A DNA stretch of 37,880 bases, taken from a virus (taxonomy: Duplodnaviria > Caudoviricetes). The translations under genes were made by a program, and so were the position numbers. Below, piece by piece: positions 26,731 to 35,769 of the stretch (the first letter of the stretch is position 1; each line of letters opens with the position of its first letter). The notes below the pieces were generated by a model. It saw nothing but the letters and a program-made list of their open reading frames with translations. It searched no databases and was not told where the DNA came from. The stretch covers positions 1 through 37,880 of IMG/VR virus record IMGVR_UViG_3300006879_000403; one strand, 5' to 3'.

Positions 26731-27792
26731 TCAGACCTCGAAAATATTCGACACCGGGAACGACCGGCGAACACCACGCACCGGCATGAGGAGGAGGCGC
26801 AAACGATCCGACGCAACCACGTACACCGGCTTCATGTGCTCCCCCCACAGCACGTCCGCCTCGTCGTAGTCCGACACGGCACGCAGAAGCTCTTCCAGGT
26901 AGTCACCGTTCACAGCTACCCACTTCTCCGCCTTCTCGCCTGCCTTCACCGAGACAACGCCTGCAGGCCGCACGTGACCCGCACCCTCCGCACCGATCAG
27001 ACCATCCGATGACAGAGCCACCGGGTTGTGGCGCGGCGGATGCAAGTCCTTGATCGCCTTCGCAAATACTCGCGGGGTCACAGTCCACGTCGCAATCTGC
27101 TCGTCCGGGTACGTGGCGAACAGTTCCGCCGCCTCCGGGTATTTGCCCTGTAGGTTCGTGGTCTGCACGCGCACCCCGGTCTCGCAGAACTCGGCAATCG
27201 TGAAGTTCTCCCACACCGACAGATGCCACGCCCGGTTCATCACCAGTTCCCGGAGGACGAACCTCGGCACCAGAGCCGAGAACTCGACCGGCTTGCTCAC
27301 CGTCTCCATCCGGGCTTCTGCCAGTCGGAACCGGTCGGTCCCATACGCTCGAATACCGCCGTCGTGGGACTGCATCTGGATAGATGTGAGGATCGGCAGG
27401 CTAGCATCACGCCCCGAGCACGCCACCAGTGCTTTGACCGCTTCCCGGTTCTCTCCACGCCACGCATCGACGGTGAACGATGCACCTTCCGGCTTCTTCA
27501 TCACGCGAGACGGTTCGGTGACAGCTTCGCCCTTCAGCTTCGTCGTGCTCTTCCCCTGACGGACCAGCACATCGTCACCCTTCAGTGACAAACTGTCGGC
27601 ACGCTGAATCAGGGCGGACCTGTGGACGTTGCCGAGCGTGTCCACCGACACCCACCGGCGCGGTCGCCGTTCGCCCCGCCAGACTGTCGTTTCGTGGTTC
27701 GATATGTCGCCCTGGTCGCTGACCAGGAGGACCGGCCCGTGCCCGAGAGCACGCTTCGTGATGTTCTTCGTCTTCGTGTCGAACGTTCTCAT
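26731..27792 (-). CDS. DNA polymerase III beta-clamp-like protein (partial clamp fold with a different N-terminus)
   Basis: PILTSI, GTDRFRLA, GKYP, NGDYL and KP...LLMPVR motifs match the middle and C-terminal DnaN domains. Confidence 0.75.
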   Translation of the reverse strand: MRTFDTKTKNITKRALGHGPVLLVSDQGDISNHETTVWRGERRPRRWVSVDTLGNVHRSALIQRADSLSLKGDDVLVRQGKSTTKLKGEAVTEPSRVMKKPEGASFTVDAWRGENREAVKALVACSGRDASLPILTSIQMQSHDGGIRAYGTDRFRLAEARMETVSKPVEFSALVPRFVLRELVMNRAWHLSVWENFTIAEFCETGVRVQTTNLQGKYPEAAELFATYPDEQIATWTVTPRVFAKAIKDLHPPRHNPVALSSDGLIGAEGAGHVRPAGVVSVKAGEKAEKWVAVNGDYLEELLRAVSDYDEADVLWGEHMKPVYVVASDRLRLLLMPVRGVRRSFPVSNIFEV

Positions 27793-27854
27793 TCCTTGTC
27801 TCCTATCTGGAAATGGCGGGGCCGCTGTTTGCGACCCCGCCATGGTTTCTTCGG

Positions 27855-28157
27855 TCAGACCTTGATCGAGTCGACGATCTGTTCCAGAAGCTTCGTCAGC
27901 TTCGTGGTCATCCGAGCCGCGCGTCCGCTGTATCCGTTGGATTCGAGGTCGTACGCGATATCGTCGGCCAGCTCAGCCGCGTCCACGAAGTCTTCGTCGT
28001 CTGCCCAATCGAGGTTGCTGAGGCTACGTGATCCGCTCCGGATCGCCTTTGCCAGCAGGACCGGACGATCTTCGGCCACGCACTGAACGCGTGCCTCTTT
28101 GATTCCGACGATGATTCCGTTGATGACCGTCTTGTGGAACTCGTTCTGGTAGTTCAT
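27855..28157 (-). CDS. Hypothetical protein (first gene after a repeated promoter)
   Basis: RBS GAAAGGG; 100 aa. Confidence 0.7.
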   Translation of the reverse strand: MNYQNEFHKTVINGIIVGIKEARVQCVAEDRPVLLAKAIRSGSRSLSNLDWADDEDFVDAAELADDIAYDLESNGYSGRAARMTTKLTKLLEQIVDSIKV

Positions 28158-28181
28158 GATCTGCCCTTTCTTTGGCTGGTG

Positions 28182-28236
28182 TGGGGCTTTCCCCCGTTGT
28201 TATATACAGTCTATCAGACTGAGCCGGGGAATGCAA
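28182..28236 (-). promoter_or_regulatory. Repeated promoter/operator plus 5' hairpin
   Basis: TTGCAT-N17-TAGACT-GTATATAACAAC-GGGGG..GCCCC. Confidence 0.8.
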
Positions 28237-28896
28237 TCAGTTGAACTCACCAGATTCCGCCGACACCCACAGCGTGTCACCAGCCGGATCACCGTACTCG
28301 TCGAAGAACGAACCGTACAGATTCACCGAATCAGCCGAGCCACCAGCGTGACAGAATCCCCAATACGACGACCCCGACGAACCGTTCGGCAGGCGAGTCA
28401 GCGACTGCCCGGCATCCAGCGACTCACCATTCCAGTCGTCGAACACATCACTGGCCTCCACGACCTCACCCGACTCGTCATCGGTGTACGAACCAGCGAC
28501 CATCAGGTCCAGATACGGCTCCCACATCGTTCCCGTGTCGTTCTTCACCGTCACCTTGAACACCGACACCGGATCACCATTCACGCAGTCGCCGGCACCG
28601 TACTCCGACAGCGTGGTCTCCTCGACGTAGCTGATCTTCAGACCCTGACCACCGGGGAACTCGGCATCGTCACCGAACGCGAACGTTGCCACGCCGTCCG
28701 TCACGTCTCGTGCTCCCTCGACTCCCATGTCTGGGATACCCTCATCGTCCGCTTCCTCCACGGCCATGTCTTCGCTGACCGGCTGTTCCGCCGCTGGCTC
28801 CGTCGTGGTGCGTGACTGAGGAGGTTCTGCCGCTCCGCAGGCCGATAGGCCGATGATCGTGGCCCCTGCCAGTGCAATTCCGAGTGTTTTCTTCAT
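28237..28896 (-). CDS. Lipoprotein
   Basis: MKK, hydrophobic core and lipobox LSAC; acidic linker followed by a beta-rich domain. Confidence 0.8.
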   Translation of the reverse strand: MKKTLGIALAGATIIGLSACGAAEPPQSRTTTEPAAEQPVSEDMAVEEADDEGIPDMGVEGARDVTDGVATFAFGDDAEFPGGQGLKISYVEETTLSEYGAGDCVNGDPVSVFKVTVKNDTGTMWEPYLDLMVAGSYTDDESGEVVEASDVFDDWNGESLDAGQSLTRLPNGSSGSSYWGFCHAGGSADSVNLYGSFFDEYGDPAGDTLWVSAESGEFN

Positions 28897-28923
28897 GATG
28901 TGTCTCCTATGCTCTCGTGCTGA

Positions 28924-29310
28924 CTAGTCTTCGTCAGCGACGTTCGTGATCGTGATTGTTGCTTTGCCATTCGGGATGCGGAACACGTCGTATTCGTTCT
29001 CCCCGATCATCTTCTTGACCTCACCGCCCAGAATCTCCGTCTTCCAGAGATTCGGGAAGTCCTTCTGCGGGTACGCCTCCGCCAGCTTGTCTTTCGCCAG
29101 GTCTTTCGAGGGGGTCATTTTCACATGCCAGTCACCGGCCAGGTTGTCTCCCGGCTCCGCGTTCAGCGCGATCTGCTGTTCCAGCTCCTTGATCCGCGTC
29201 TCGTCCGGCTTGATCCGCTTCGCCAGCCGATCCTTCGCCGCCTTGACCTTCGCTCGTGCCTCCGCCAGCTCTTTCGCCGCCGCTTCGAGGTCAAATTCTT
29301 CGGTGCTCAT
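28924..29310 (-). CDS. Hypothetical coiled-coil protein
   Basis: RBS AAGGAG; start MSTEEFDLE at an ATGA overlap. Confidence 0.65.
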   Translation of the reverse strand: MSTEEFDLEAAAKELAEARAKVKAAKDRLAKRIKPDETRIKELEQQIALNAEPGDNLAGDWHVKMTPSKDLAKDKLAEAYPQKDFPNLWKTEILGGEVKKMIGENEYDVFRIPNGKATITITNVADED

Positions 29311-29552
29311 TCCTGTGTCTCCTTCTGATTCTTCGACCGTGCCCATTTCACGATCTTTCCCTTGTGGTCCAGCTCTATGTCGACCCATTTACCCTCGTCC
29401 GAGGTGCTGATCTGGTACGCGCACTGCGCGTCCGGCAGGGTTCTGAACCAGTCCCCCTGCGAGCGGACCCGCCAGACCGGGTTTCCGGCCTGACTGTTGG
29501 TCATTCGCTCGATCTTTAGCGGCTTGATCCGCATCGGTGTCCGTCCGAGCAC
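29307..29552 (-). CDS. Hypothetical protein
   Basis: GTG start with RBS GGAAGGA; NS..GNP.W motif. Confidence 0.6.
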   Translation of the reverse strand: MLGRTPMRIKPLKIERMTNSQAGNPVWRVRSQGDWFRTLPDAQCAYQISTSDEGKWVDIELDHKGKIVKWARSKNQKETQE

Positions 29553-29554
29553 GG

Positions 29555-29704
29555 TCAGTCCTTCCAGTAGTTGAACGCGTACACTCCGCGCTCCGTGTCG
29601 AATCCGACCAGGCTGACCGACGTGACCCCTTCGGTCATTGCCAGTCGTGCCGCTTCGTTGTGAGCTTCACGCTCGTTGGTCGTGGTGAACTCGTGTGTCG
29701 TCAT
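29555..29704 (-). CDS. Small hypothetical protein (49 aa)
   Basis: Below the ORF-track cutoff; MTTHEFTTTNEREAHNEAARLAM...YWKD; fills the gap exactly. Confidence 0.6.
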   Translation of the reverse strand: MTTHEFTTTNEREAHNEAARLAMTEGVTSVSLVGFDTERGVYAFNYWKD

Positions 29705-29717
29705 GTCCCCGGCCTTC

Positions 29718-29900
29718 TCAGTTCTTGTGGGTCTCGATGACCAGGATCAGCTCGGACTCGGGGATGACGTTGATATCCCACGATCCCTGCAGGTCGTGAA
29801 GTTCATTCATGAGGGTTGCCATGTCGAAGTCTTCGACCGACTCTTCCATGATGATTTCGATGGTCTCGGTGACGAATGCCTGGGCTTCGATGACGTTCAT
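29718..29900 (-). CDS. Small acidic protein (first gene after a repeated promoter)
   Basis: RBS AAGGAG before MNVIEAQ; 60 aa, Glu/Asp-rich. Confidence 0.7.
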   Translation of the reverse strand: MNVIEAQAFVTETIEIIMEESVEDFDMATLMNELHDLQGSWDINVIPESELILVIETHKN

Positions 29901-29918
29901 GCTGACTCCTTTGAGTTT

Positions 29919-29976
29919 GTGGGGCGTGTTCCCCTTGTTGTATTTACAGTCTATCAGTTGATTTCTGGGAAGTACA
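29919..29976 (-). promoter_or_regulatory. Repeated promoter/operator plus 5' hairpin
   Basis: TGTACT-N17-TAGACT-GTAAATACAAC-AAGGGG..GCCCC. Confidence 0.75.
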
Positions 29977-29994
29977 GCCCAGAACCAAAGAATT

Positions 29995-30357
29995 TCACGC
30001 CCATTCCACCCACACACTGATCCCATCGTCCGTCAGCTCATGGAACGCCAGACCAGCCGCCGCGTTCGTGATCGCCAGCTCCTCACGGGCGCCAGGGAAG
30101 TCCCCACGCCGATACAGCGGCAACGTCACCTCGTCGCCCGGAGAGCTGAGCTGGTAATCGACCAGCACCCTCTGCTTCGCGTCCATCAGCTTGATGTGGA
30201 GACCCCGCGCAATATCGGCCACGTCGACCGGCACCCGCATATCTGTCGCCGTCTCCCAGCCGCGCACCGATTTATCGGCCACGCCGACCATTTCTCCGAA
30301 CTCCGCCTGAGTCAGCCCACAGCTCGTGCGGATCAGTCTCAGCTCGGCTCCGGTCAT
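29995..30357 (-). CDS. XRE-type HTH protein, Aca2/YdiL (DUF1870)-like
   Basis: MTGAELRLIRTSCGLTQAEFGEMVGVADKSVRGWE....VPVDV plus a C-terminal LPLYR...NAAA domain. Confidence 0.7.
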   Translation of the reverse strand: MTGAELRLIRTSCGLTQAEFGEMVGVADKSVRGWETATDMRVPVDVADIARGLHIKLMDAKQRVLVDYQLSSPGDEVTLPLYRRGDFPGAREELAITNAAAGLAFHELTDDGISVWVEWA

Positions 30358-30377
30358 GTTCTCGTCTCGTCCCGGAA

Positions 30378-30599
30378 TCACGCTTTCTCGTCCCATTTCT
30401 GCATATCCTTGTCTATCGTCATTGCCCACGCGTACAGCATTCCAATACCTACCAGGCTCACCAGTATTCCGGCCCATGAGGTCCAGCCGGACGTGTTGTC
30501 GATTGACCAGAGGCCAGACGCGACGATCACGAAACAGATGACTGCTCCCATGATCCGCCCGACAACACGCCCCGCGATTGACCTGATGATGCGCTTCAC
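30378..30599 (-). CDS. Small membrane protein
   Basis: Two hydrophobic helices; GTGA overlap. Confidence 0.6.
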   Translation of the reverse strand: MKRIIRSIAGRVVGRIMGAVICFVIVASGLWSIDNTSGWTSWAGILVSLVGIGMLYAWAMTIDKDMQKWDEKA

Positions 30600-30853
30600 A
30601 GCGACACTCCGTATTCCTCGCTGAGAGTCACTTCGATTTCGAGTGCCCGGTTCACGTAGTCGTCCGGTGCCTCGTCGCTCCAGAGTGCTTCCCGGTTGAG
30701 GTCTGCGAACTCCTCGACCGTCACTTCGTAGTAGAACGGGACCGGTGCGATTCCGTTCTCCACGGCGATCTGCGGGTTACGCCCGATTCGTTTTGATGCC
30801 ACGATGGTGAAGTCCGCGTTCATGAACTCTTCGATGCTGGGCTTGTTGCTCAT
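30596..30853 (-). CDS. Acidic hypothetical protein (first gene after a repeated promoter)
   Basis: RBS GAGGAGG before MSNKPSIEEF. Confidence 0.7.
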   Translation of the reverse strand: MSNKPSIEEFMNADFTIVASKRIGRNPQIAVENGIAPVPFYYEVTVEEFADLNREALWSDEAPDDYVNRALEIEVTLSEEYGVSL

Positions 30854-30873
30854 TGGTTCCTCCTCGGATGGTG

Positions 30874-30928
30874 TGGGGCTTGCCCCCGTTGATATATACA
30901 GTCTATCAACCTTTGCGGTGGAGTGCAA
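30874..30928 (-). promoter_or_regulatory. Repeated promoter/operator plus 5' hairpin
   Basis: TTGCAC-N17-TAGACT-GTATATATCAAC-GGGGG..GCCCC. Confidence 0.8.
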
Positions 30929-30944
30929 ACCCAGCCGCTGTCCC

Positions 30945-31154
30945 TCAGTCATTGCGCTCGCCCTCCAACATTCCGCCCGGTGCCCAATGCCGCTCCTCCA
31001 TCTCTCGGACCAGTTCTGGAAACGCCAGCCGCAGACGTTCGAGGTTGAACGTGTCCGCCTTCCGAATCGCGCAGAATATGAACGCGCTGAACGGGGGGTC
31101 TCCCTTCGCCAGTTCCTGACTGACCCGATATGCGTGCAGTCCTCCGTGTGCCAT
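30945..31154 (-). CDS. Hypothetical protein
   Basis: RBS AAGGAG before MAHGGLHAY; ADTFNLERL..AFPEL..E...R..APGG. Confidence 0.65.
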   Translation of the reverse strand: MAHGGLHAYRVSQELAKGDPPFSAFIFCAIRKADTFNLERLRLAFPELVREMEERHWAPGGMLEGERND

Positions 31155-31198
31155 TTCTCTCTCCTTCAGATGATTGCTGTCTTGGTGCCGGTGAGCGT

Positions 31199-31783
31199 TC
31201 AGTCTCGGCTTCGGCCACGCCACACCTCCGGTCCATAGACGGGTCCGGTTCGCTTCTCGTACTCCTCGTCGGACTCACCCAACTCCCGCGCCGACCCGCG
31301 CTGGTGCGACCGAATAGTCTGCTTCGGCTTCTCGGTATCCTTCTCCGCCACGTCGAACCGTGTCAGCAGATACTCAGCCAGTCCCTTATCAGTCAGACCT
31401 CCCGGAGCCGCCTTGAACGCTTCGACCAGCTTCTCCCGCATCGTCTTCGGTGCCTCAGCCACGATGAAGTAGCGGACGTTCGCCACCTTCTCGTGTGCCA
31501 CGGCCACCGACCTCGGGTCCGGAACCTTCCTGCCTGTAATCTCCATGTGCCGGGTGATCACGAACTCCCCGGTCATGTGATTCTTCGTCAGAACGTCGTA
31601 CTCGACTCGCGCTGTTGATCCGCTCGGAATCTCCTCCGGCAGAACCTCACGGCCCCGAACCCGGAGTGACCCAGCCTCATCGAGAACACCAATCGCCTTC
31701 CTCGCCGTCCCCGCGTCGATCCACGGCAACTCCGCCGCCAGCTTCCGGGCCAGCTCAGTCTTCTCCTCGTCGGTCACTTTCAT
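31199..31783 (-). CDS. Hypothetical protein
   Basis: RBS AGGAG before MKVTDEEK; ATGA overlap. Confidence 0.65.
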   Translation of the reverse strand: MKVTDEEKTELARKLAAELPWIDAGTARKAIGVLDEAGSLRVRGREVLPEEIPSGSTARVEYDVLTKNHMTGEFVITRHMEITGRKVPDPRSVAVAHEKVANVRYFIVAEAPKTMREKLVEAFKAAPGGLTDKGLAEYLLTRFDVAEKDTEKPKQTIRSHQRGSARELGESDEEYEKRTGPVYGPEVWRGRSRD

Positions 31784-31962
31784 TTCGTTCTCCTGTCTAG
31801 TTCTTCTTCGAGGTCTCGAATGTCTTGACTGATATCGCTGAACCGTCGCGCGGACGGTCCGTCGCTGACCCGCATTCCGTTGCGAATCTTCCGCAGGTGG
31901 ATCAGATCGGCTTGCAGAACGTCCACCGGTGTGTTCGTCAGGTCGTAGCATGAATCGCTCAT
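31780..31962 (-). CDS. Hypothetical protein
   Basis: Coupled overlaps on both sides; 60 aa. Confidence 0.6.
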   Translation of the reverse strand: MSDSCYDLTNTPVDVLQADLIHLRKIRNGMRVSDGPSARRFSDISQDIRDLEEELDRRTK

Positions 31963-32363
31963 GGTCGGTCCTTCCCCGCGCCCAGCTCCACGTACTCATA
32001 CACGTGGTCTTCGCCGGTCTCTTTGCGACCAACCCGCACCAGGTCAAGCATGTCATCGAACGTGGTGCCTCTCGGGGCACGCACTGCCAGCTCCGCCGCG
32101 ATCCTCCGCCGCGACAGCCGAATCATCTGCGCATAATCTGCTGATCCCGGAGTCTTCTGCGCCTGGTCAACGATTCTGCAGTGCCACACCCCGAAACCAT
32201 CCGCCCAATGTGTCTCCGTGAACCGCTCCTGCACCTCCGACCGTGGGACACACACGTCACCGCCAGGGAGACGCACCGTCACCATGCCGCTCAGCTCACC
32301 GTTGTGGACTTCACGAACGAATCCCCAATGACCGTTCGCCTTCACCTGCGTTCCGACTCTCAT
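31959..32363 (-). CDS. Hypothetical protein
   Basis: RBS GAGGAGG before MRVGTQVKA; ATGA overlap. Confidence 0.65.
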   Translation of the reverse strand: MRVGTQVKANGHWGFVREVHNGELSGMVTVRLPGGDVCVPRSEVQERFTETHWADGFGVWHCRIVDQAQKTPGSADYAQMIRLSRRRIAAELAVRAPRGTTFDDMLDLVRVGRKETGEDHVYEYVELGAGKDRP

Positions 32364-32689
32364 GCCGTGGCCTCCTCGGAATCCGTCACCGTGACCTTCC
32401 GGATCGCGGTCGTCAGGCTGAACATTTTGCCCTTCCAGTCCACGAACACCGGGAACATTCCCACCGCCGTCTGCGGATCTTCCGCGACCTCCGACCACAT
32501 TTTGTCCACGAACTGAATGTCTGGGTCTTCCTGGAATCCGATGATGCTCTTCGGGTCTCCCCGCCAGAACTCCTGCCGCCCTACCTCGCCGGTCTCCGCA
32601 TCCACGTGGTACGGGTACGGGAGCGGCAGGTTCACGTCATATCCACCGTCCGGAGTGTTCCCCGGCTGTAGGGTGATGATCTTGCCCAT
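32360..32689 (-). CDS. Hypothetical protein
   Basis: RBS AAGGAGACAC; 109 aa. Confidence 0.7.
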   Translation of the reverse strand: MGKIITLQPGNTPDGGYDVNLPLPYPYHVDAETGEVGRQEFWRGDPKSIIGFQEDPDIQFVDKMWSEVAEDPQTAVGMFPVFVDWKGKMFSLTTAIRKVTVTDSEEATA

Positions 32690-32749
32690 TGCTGTGTCTC
32701 CTTCGTTGCTGGGCGGGGCCGATCTGACCCCGCCCGGTGTTGCTGTCGG

Positions 32750-33223
32750 TCAGTCTTTGTCGTATCCCGTGGTGATCGTCAGTCGCTCCACCATGCCCGT
32801 GCAGGGGAAGAACGCAATCGGCCAGGACGCTTCGTTGCCGCCCTCGTTGTAGAAGTCTGCGTTGTAGTCTCCCGCGAAGTCTTCCGGCGACTCCCACTCC
32901 TCCACGTCTGACACGGTTTCCAGACCGGCACGCATGGCCGGGTCGCGCTGGCTGATCTTGATGTGACTGCAACCCTCACCGTGGACGACGACCGGGGCCG
33001 GGTACTTGTCGATCAGGTTGTCGGTGCTGAACCACTGCACTCGGTGCTTGGTGACACCGCCCAGCTTCTCGGTCACTTCGGTCAGCTCTGCGTACTCTTG
33101 ACGGTAGCTGTCGAGTGTCGCTTGGAGGTCTGCGATCTGATTGTTCACATCGTCCATCATGGAGTCGAGCGCAACCCTCTTGCTCTGGCTACTCTCGATG
33201 ATGGTCTTGATGGTGTCGTTCAT
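32750..33223 (-). CDS. Hypothetical protein (N-terminal coiled coil)
   Basis: RBS AAGGAG before MNDTIKT; H.EGCSH...FPC motif. Confidence 0.7.
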   Translation of the reverse strand: MNDTIKTIIESSQSKRVALDSMMDDVNNQIADLQATLDSYRQEYAELTEVTEKLGGVTKHRVQWFSTDNLIDKYPAPVVVHGEGCSHIKISQRDPAMRAGLETVSDVEEWESPEDFAGDYNADFYNEGGNEASWPIAFFPCTGMVERLTITTGYDKD

Positions 33224-33266
33224 GATTTTCTCCTTGTGAGGTTGTGGGGCTTGCCCCGTGGGTGAG

Positions 33267-33446
33267 TTAGTTCTGCTCGACGAGTTCGGTGAGTTCGAGT
33301 TCGTAGGAGACGAACGGGGTGACTCCGATGGAGCCAATGAACATCACGTCGATGTAGCCTTCGCTGTTGAGTCCTGATGCTGTGATCCCCAGCGTGCCGT
33401 CGAGCTTCGAGCGAACGGGCTGTCCTGCGCGATCTGGCGTGTTCAT
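33267..33446 (-). CDS. Small hypothetical protein (first gene after a repeated promoter)
   Basis: RBS AGGAGG before MNTPDRAG. Confidence 0.65.
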   Translation of the reverse strand: MNTPDRAGQPVRSKLDGTLGITASGLNSEGYIDVMFIGSIGVTPFVSYELELTELVEQN

Positions 33447-33467
33447 GTTGACCTCCTGGTCTCGGTG

Positions 33468-33524
33468 TGGGGCTTGTCCCCCTGTTGGTATATACAGTCT
33501 ATCAGACTGTTTCTCCCGACGCAA
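33468..33524 (-). promoter_or_regulatory. Repeated promoter/operator plus 5' hairpin
   Basis: TTGCGT-N17-TAGACT-GTATATACCAAC-AGGGGG..GCCCC. Confidence 0.8.
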
Positions 33525-33526
33525 GC

Positions 33527-33994
33527 CTAGCCCGAATAATTCCCCCACCCAGCCGACTGCTGACCGCCCGGATTCGCACCCCAGCCACCACCTGACTGCT
33601 CCTGCTGATACCCCGCCGACTGCTGACCGCCATTCGTCTTGAACACCTGAGCCTTCGCACGCCGCAACGACGGACCCACCTCGTCCACGTCCAACTCCAT
33701 GACCGTGCGCTTCTCGCCCTCCTTCGTCTCGAACGAACGCGACTTCAACCGGCCCTGCACAATCACCCGCGTGCCCCGAGTCAGCGACTCCGCAACGTTC
33801 TCACCCTGCTCACGCCACGTCGAACACCGGAGGAACAACGTCTCCCCATCCCTGAACTCGTTGGCCTGCCGGTCGAATACGCGTGGCGTGCTCGCCACCG
33901 TGAAGTTCGCAACCGCCGTACCATTCGGCGCGAACCGCATCTCCGGATCAGCCGTCAGATTCCCTACCACCGTGATCACTGTTTCGCCGCTCAT
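33527..33994 (-). CDS. ssb: Single-stranded DNA-binding protein (actinobacterial type)
   Basis: [18 protein letters not shown]...[12 protein letters not shown]...[33 protein letters not shown]. Confidence 0.95.
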   Translation of the reverse strand: MSGETVITVVGNLTADPEMRFAPNGTAVANFTVASTPRVFDRQANEFRDGETLFLRCSTWREQGENVAESLTRGTRVIVQGRLKSRSFETKEGEKRTVMELDVDEVGPSLRRAKAQVFKTNGGQQSAGYQQEQSGGGWGANPGGQQSAGWGNYSG

Positions 33995-34365
33995 GCTCTT
34001 CCCGCTTTCTTCTTACCGCCAGCGGCCTTCTCCGCCAGCTCCTTCCTGATACGCGTCACCTTCGGATTCCTCGCCCTCAGCTTCGCCACCTCTATCTTCA
34101 CAGCCGGATCGGACATGAACTCGTCCCACTCGTCCACCGCGTCCTCGTTCTCCGCTTCCAGCTTCGCGCACAGCTTCCGGAGCCGGTCAGTAGTACCGAA
34201 CGGAACGTCCACGCACTGACCGTTCTTGATGTTCGCCAGACTCGTTGCCGACATGCCCAGCCGCTCCGCAATCTCCTTCCCATTCGTGAACCGCAGACAC
34301 CGATTCAGATGCCACGCCGCCATTGTTCTCGGCTCTCTGGTGATTTCGCCTGACGCTACGCTCAT
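33991..34365 (-). CDS. HTH DNA-binding protein
   Basis: [20 protein letters not shown] helix-turn-helix pattern. Confidence 0.7.
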   Translation of the reverse strand: MSVASGEITREPRTMAAWHLNRCLRFTNGKEIAERLGMSATSLANIKNGQCVDVPFGTTDRLRKLCAKLEAENEDAVDEWDEFMSDPAVKIEVAKLRARNPKVTRIRKELAEKAAGGKKKAGRA

Positions 34366-34991
34366 GCCTCTCCTGCTATCCGTTGCGGGAACTCCGGGTT
34401 ACGGAATGCCGCCAACCGTTTCCATCCGCGTTTCTGTGACCGCCTCACCCACGACTGTGCCGCAGGATCGTTCGGCGGTTCTTCCCGAGACAGCACCTCG
34501 TACATGTCTCGAATCTTCTTGTCCGTCGTCCCAGCTATGATCGGGTTCTTCCACAGCAACACGTTCCTAATCGTGTTCTCCGACAGGCCGGCCCGTGCCG
34601 CCATGATCCCGATTCGCCAGCCGAGGAGAGACAGGTCTCTGAGTCGCCGTGTAGCTCCGGCACCGTTCACCCTGCCCGGTTCAATTTCGGACGGTTTGAT
34701 CCCCAGCACACGTTCCTCTGTTCGCCGGTGAATGTGCCTCGACGGATCATCGACGATGTACTGCAGGTCTCGTCCCTCCGAGCTGATGACGCGACCGATC
34801 GCTTTCATGGTGAACCCGGCATCCAGGAACTCCTGCAGACGCTTCGCGGCCTTGTGCCCCGTCGTCGTGTACGGTCTCCCCGCCTTCGCCGCCGCATATC
34901 GTTTCCGCTCCCACACGGACCGGTTCACACGGCAGTCAAAGCACCTGCACTTACTGCTGAACCCGGTCCGCGTGTTCACGTGCGCTGTCAC
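34362..34991 (-). CDS. Putative DNA-binding protein (CxCxxC plus two HTH-like repeats)
   Basis: CRCFDC; RLQ...AGF and GATRRLR.L...GW....MA.R.GLS repeats. Confidence 0.65.
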   Translation of the reverse strand: MTAHVNTRTGFSSKCRCFDCRVNRSVWERKRYAAAKAGRPYTTTGHKAAKRLQEFLDAGFTMKAIGRVISSEGRDLQYIVDDPSRHIHRRTEERVLGIKPSEIEPGRVNGAGATRRLRDLSLLGWRIGIMAARAGLSENTIRNVLLWKNPIIAGTTDKKIRDMYEVLSREEPPNDPAAQSWVRRSQKRGWKRLAAFRNPEFPQRIAGEA

Positions 34992-35620
34992 AGCTCACCT
35001 TCCACCTTGTACGTCACGTTCTGATCAGCCGTCCACGCCCGGTACTGGTCGGTCACATCACGTCCGAACTCGTCCATGACTTCTACACCGTCCAGTCCGT
35101 GCGTGATCACGCAGTCTGCGAATGGGAAGTCGGACGGCATGTCGATCCACTGTTTCACGGTGAGTCTCAGCTTCTCCCGGATCGACCGAGCCAGTTCGTA
35201 CCGGGTGGACAATGGCATCCACTCCACGTCACAGATAGCTTCGCTGATCGCGTTGTCCAGACGTGCCGTATCCTCGTCCGGCTCCGGCTCCGGTTCCTCA
35301 ATCGTCAGACCCAGCTCATTCGCCGCCTCGTCCGCCGTAATCATTCCGTTCCGGAACGTCCGCATCACGCCGTCGAACAGCTTCCGATCCACGGTCGCTT
35401 CTTGCTTCTTCGGTTCCTGCTTCGCCGGTTCCACCTGAGCCAGATACAGGTGCTCGTCCGCAATGTACTGATTCGTGTGGACGACTCCTTCCAGCTCACC
35501 GTCAGTCCGGCCACACCGGGCACACCGGACGACTTCTTCGTCTCGTCCCGTGTAGTAGCGCACCCGACCGCAGTGCTTGCACCGCCATTTCCCGCACCAC
35601 GGGCACTCCATCCGGCTCAT
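34988..35620 (-). CDS. Hypothetical protein with N-terminal Zn-finger
   Basis: CPWC, CKHC and CARC motifs. Confidence 0.65.
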   Translation of the reverse strand: MSRMECPWCGKWRCKHCGRVRYYTGRDEEVVRCARCGRTDGELEGVVHTNQYIADEHLYLAQVEPAKQEPKKQEATVDRKLFDGVMRTFRNGMITADEAANELGLTIEEPEPEPDEDTARLDNAISEAICDVEWMPLSTRYELARSIREKLRLTVKQWIDMPSDFPFADCVITHGLDGVEVMDEFGRDVTDQYRAWTADQNVTYKVEGEL

Positions 35621-35769
35621 TCCGTCTCCTCCACATCAATCACAGCTTCACCGATTTCTTCGAGCTGGAATGCCTCAGCCGGTACATACTCGATGAACGG
35701 TCGTCCGGTGAGGGGATGCGCCCACAGCTCTTTTCCTGTGATTGTGGAGCGCACCACCACCCGGCTCAC
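35617..35769 (-). CDS. Small hypothetical protein
   Basis: GTGA and ATGA overlaps at both ends. Confidence 0.55.
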   Translation of the reverse strand: MSRVVVRSTITGKELWAHPLTGRPFIEYVPAEAFQLEEIGEAVIDVEETE

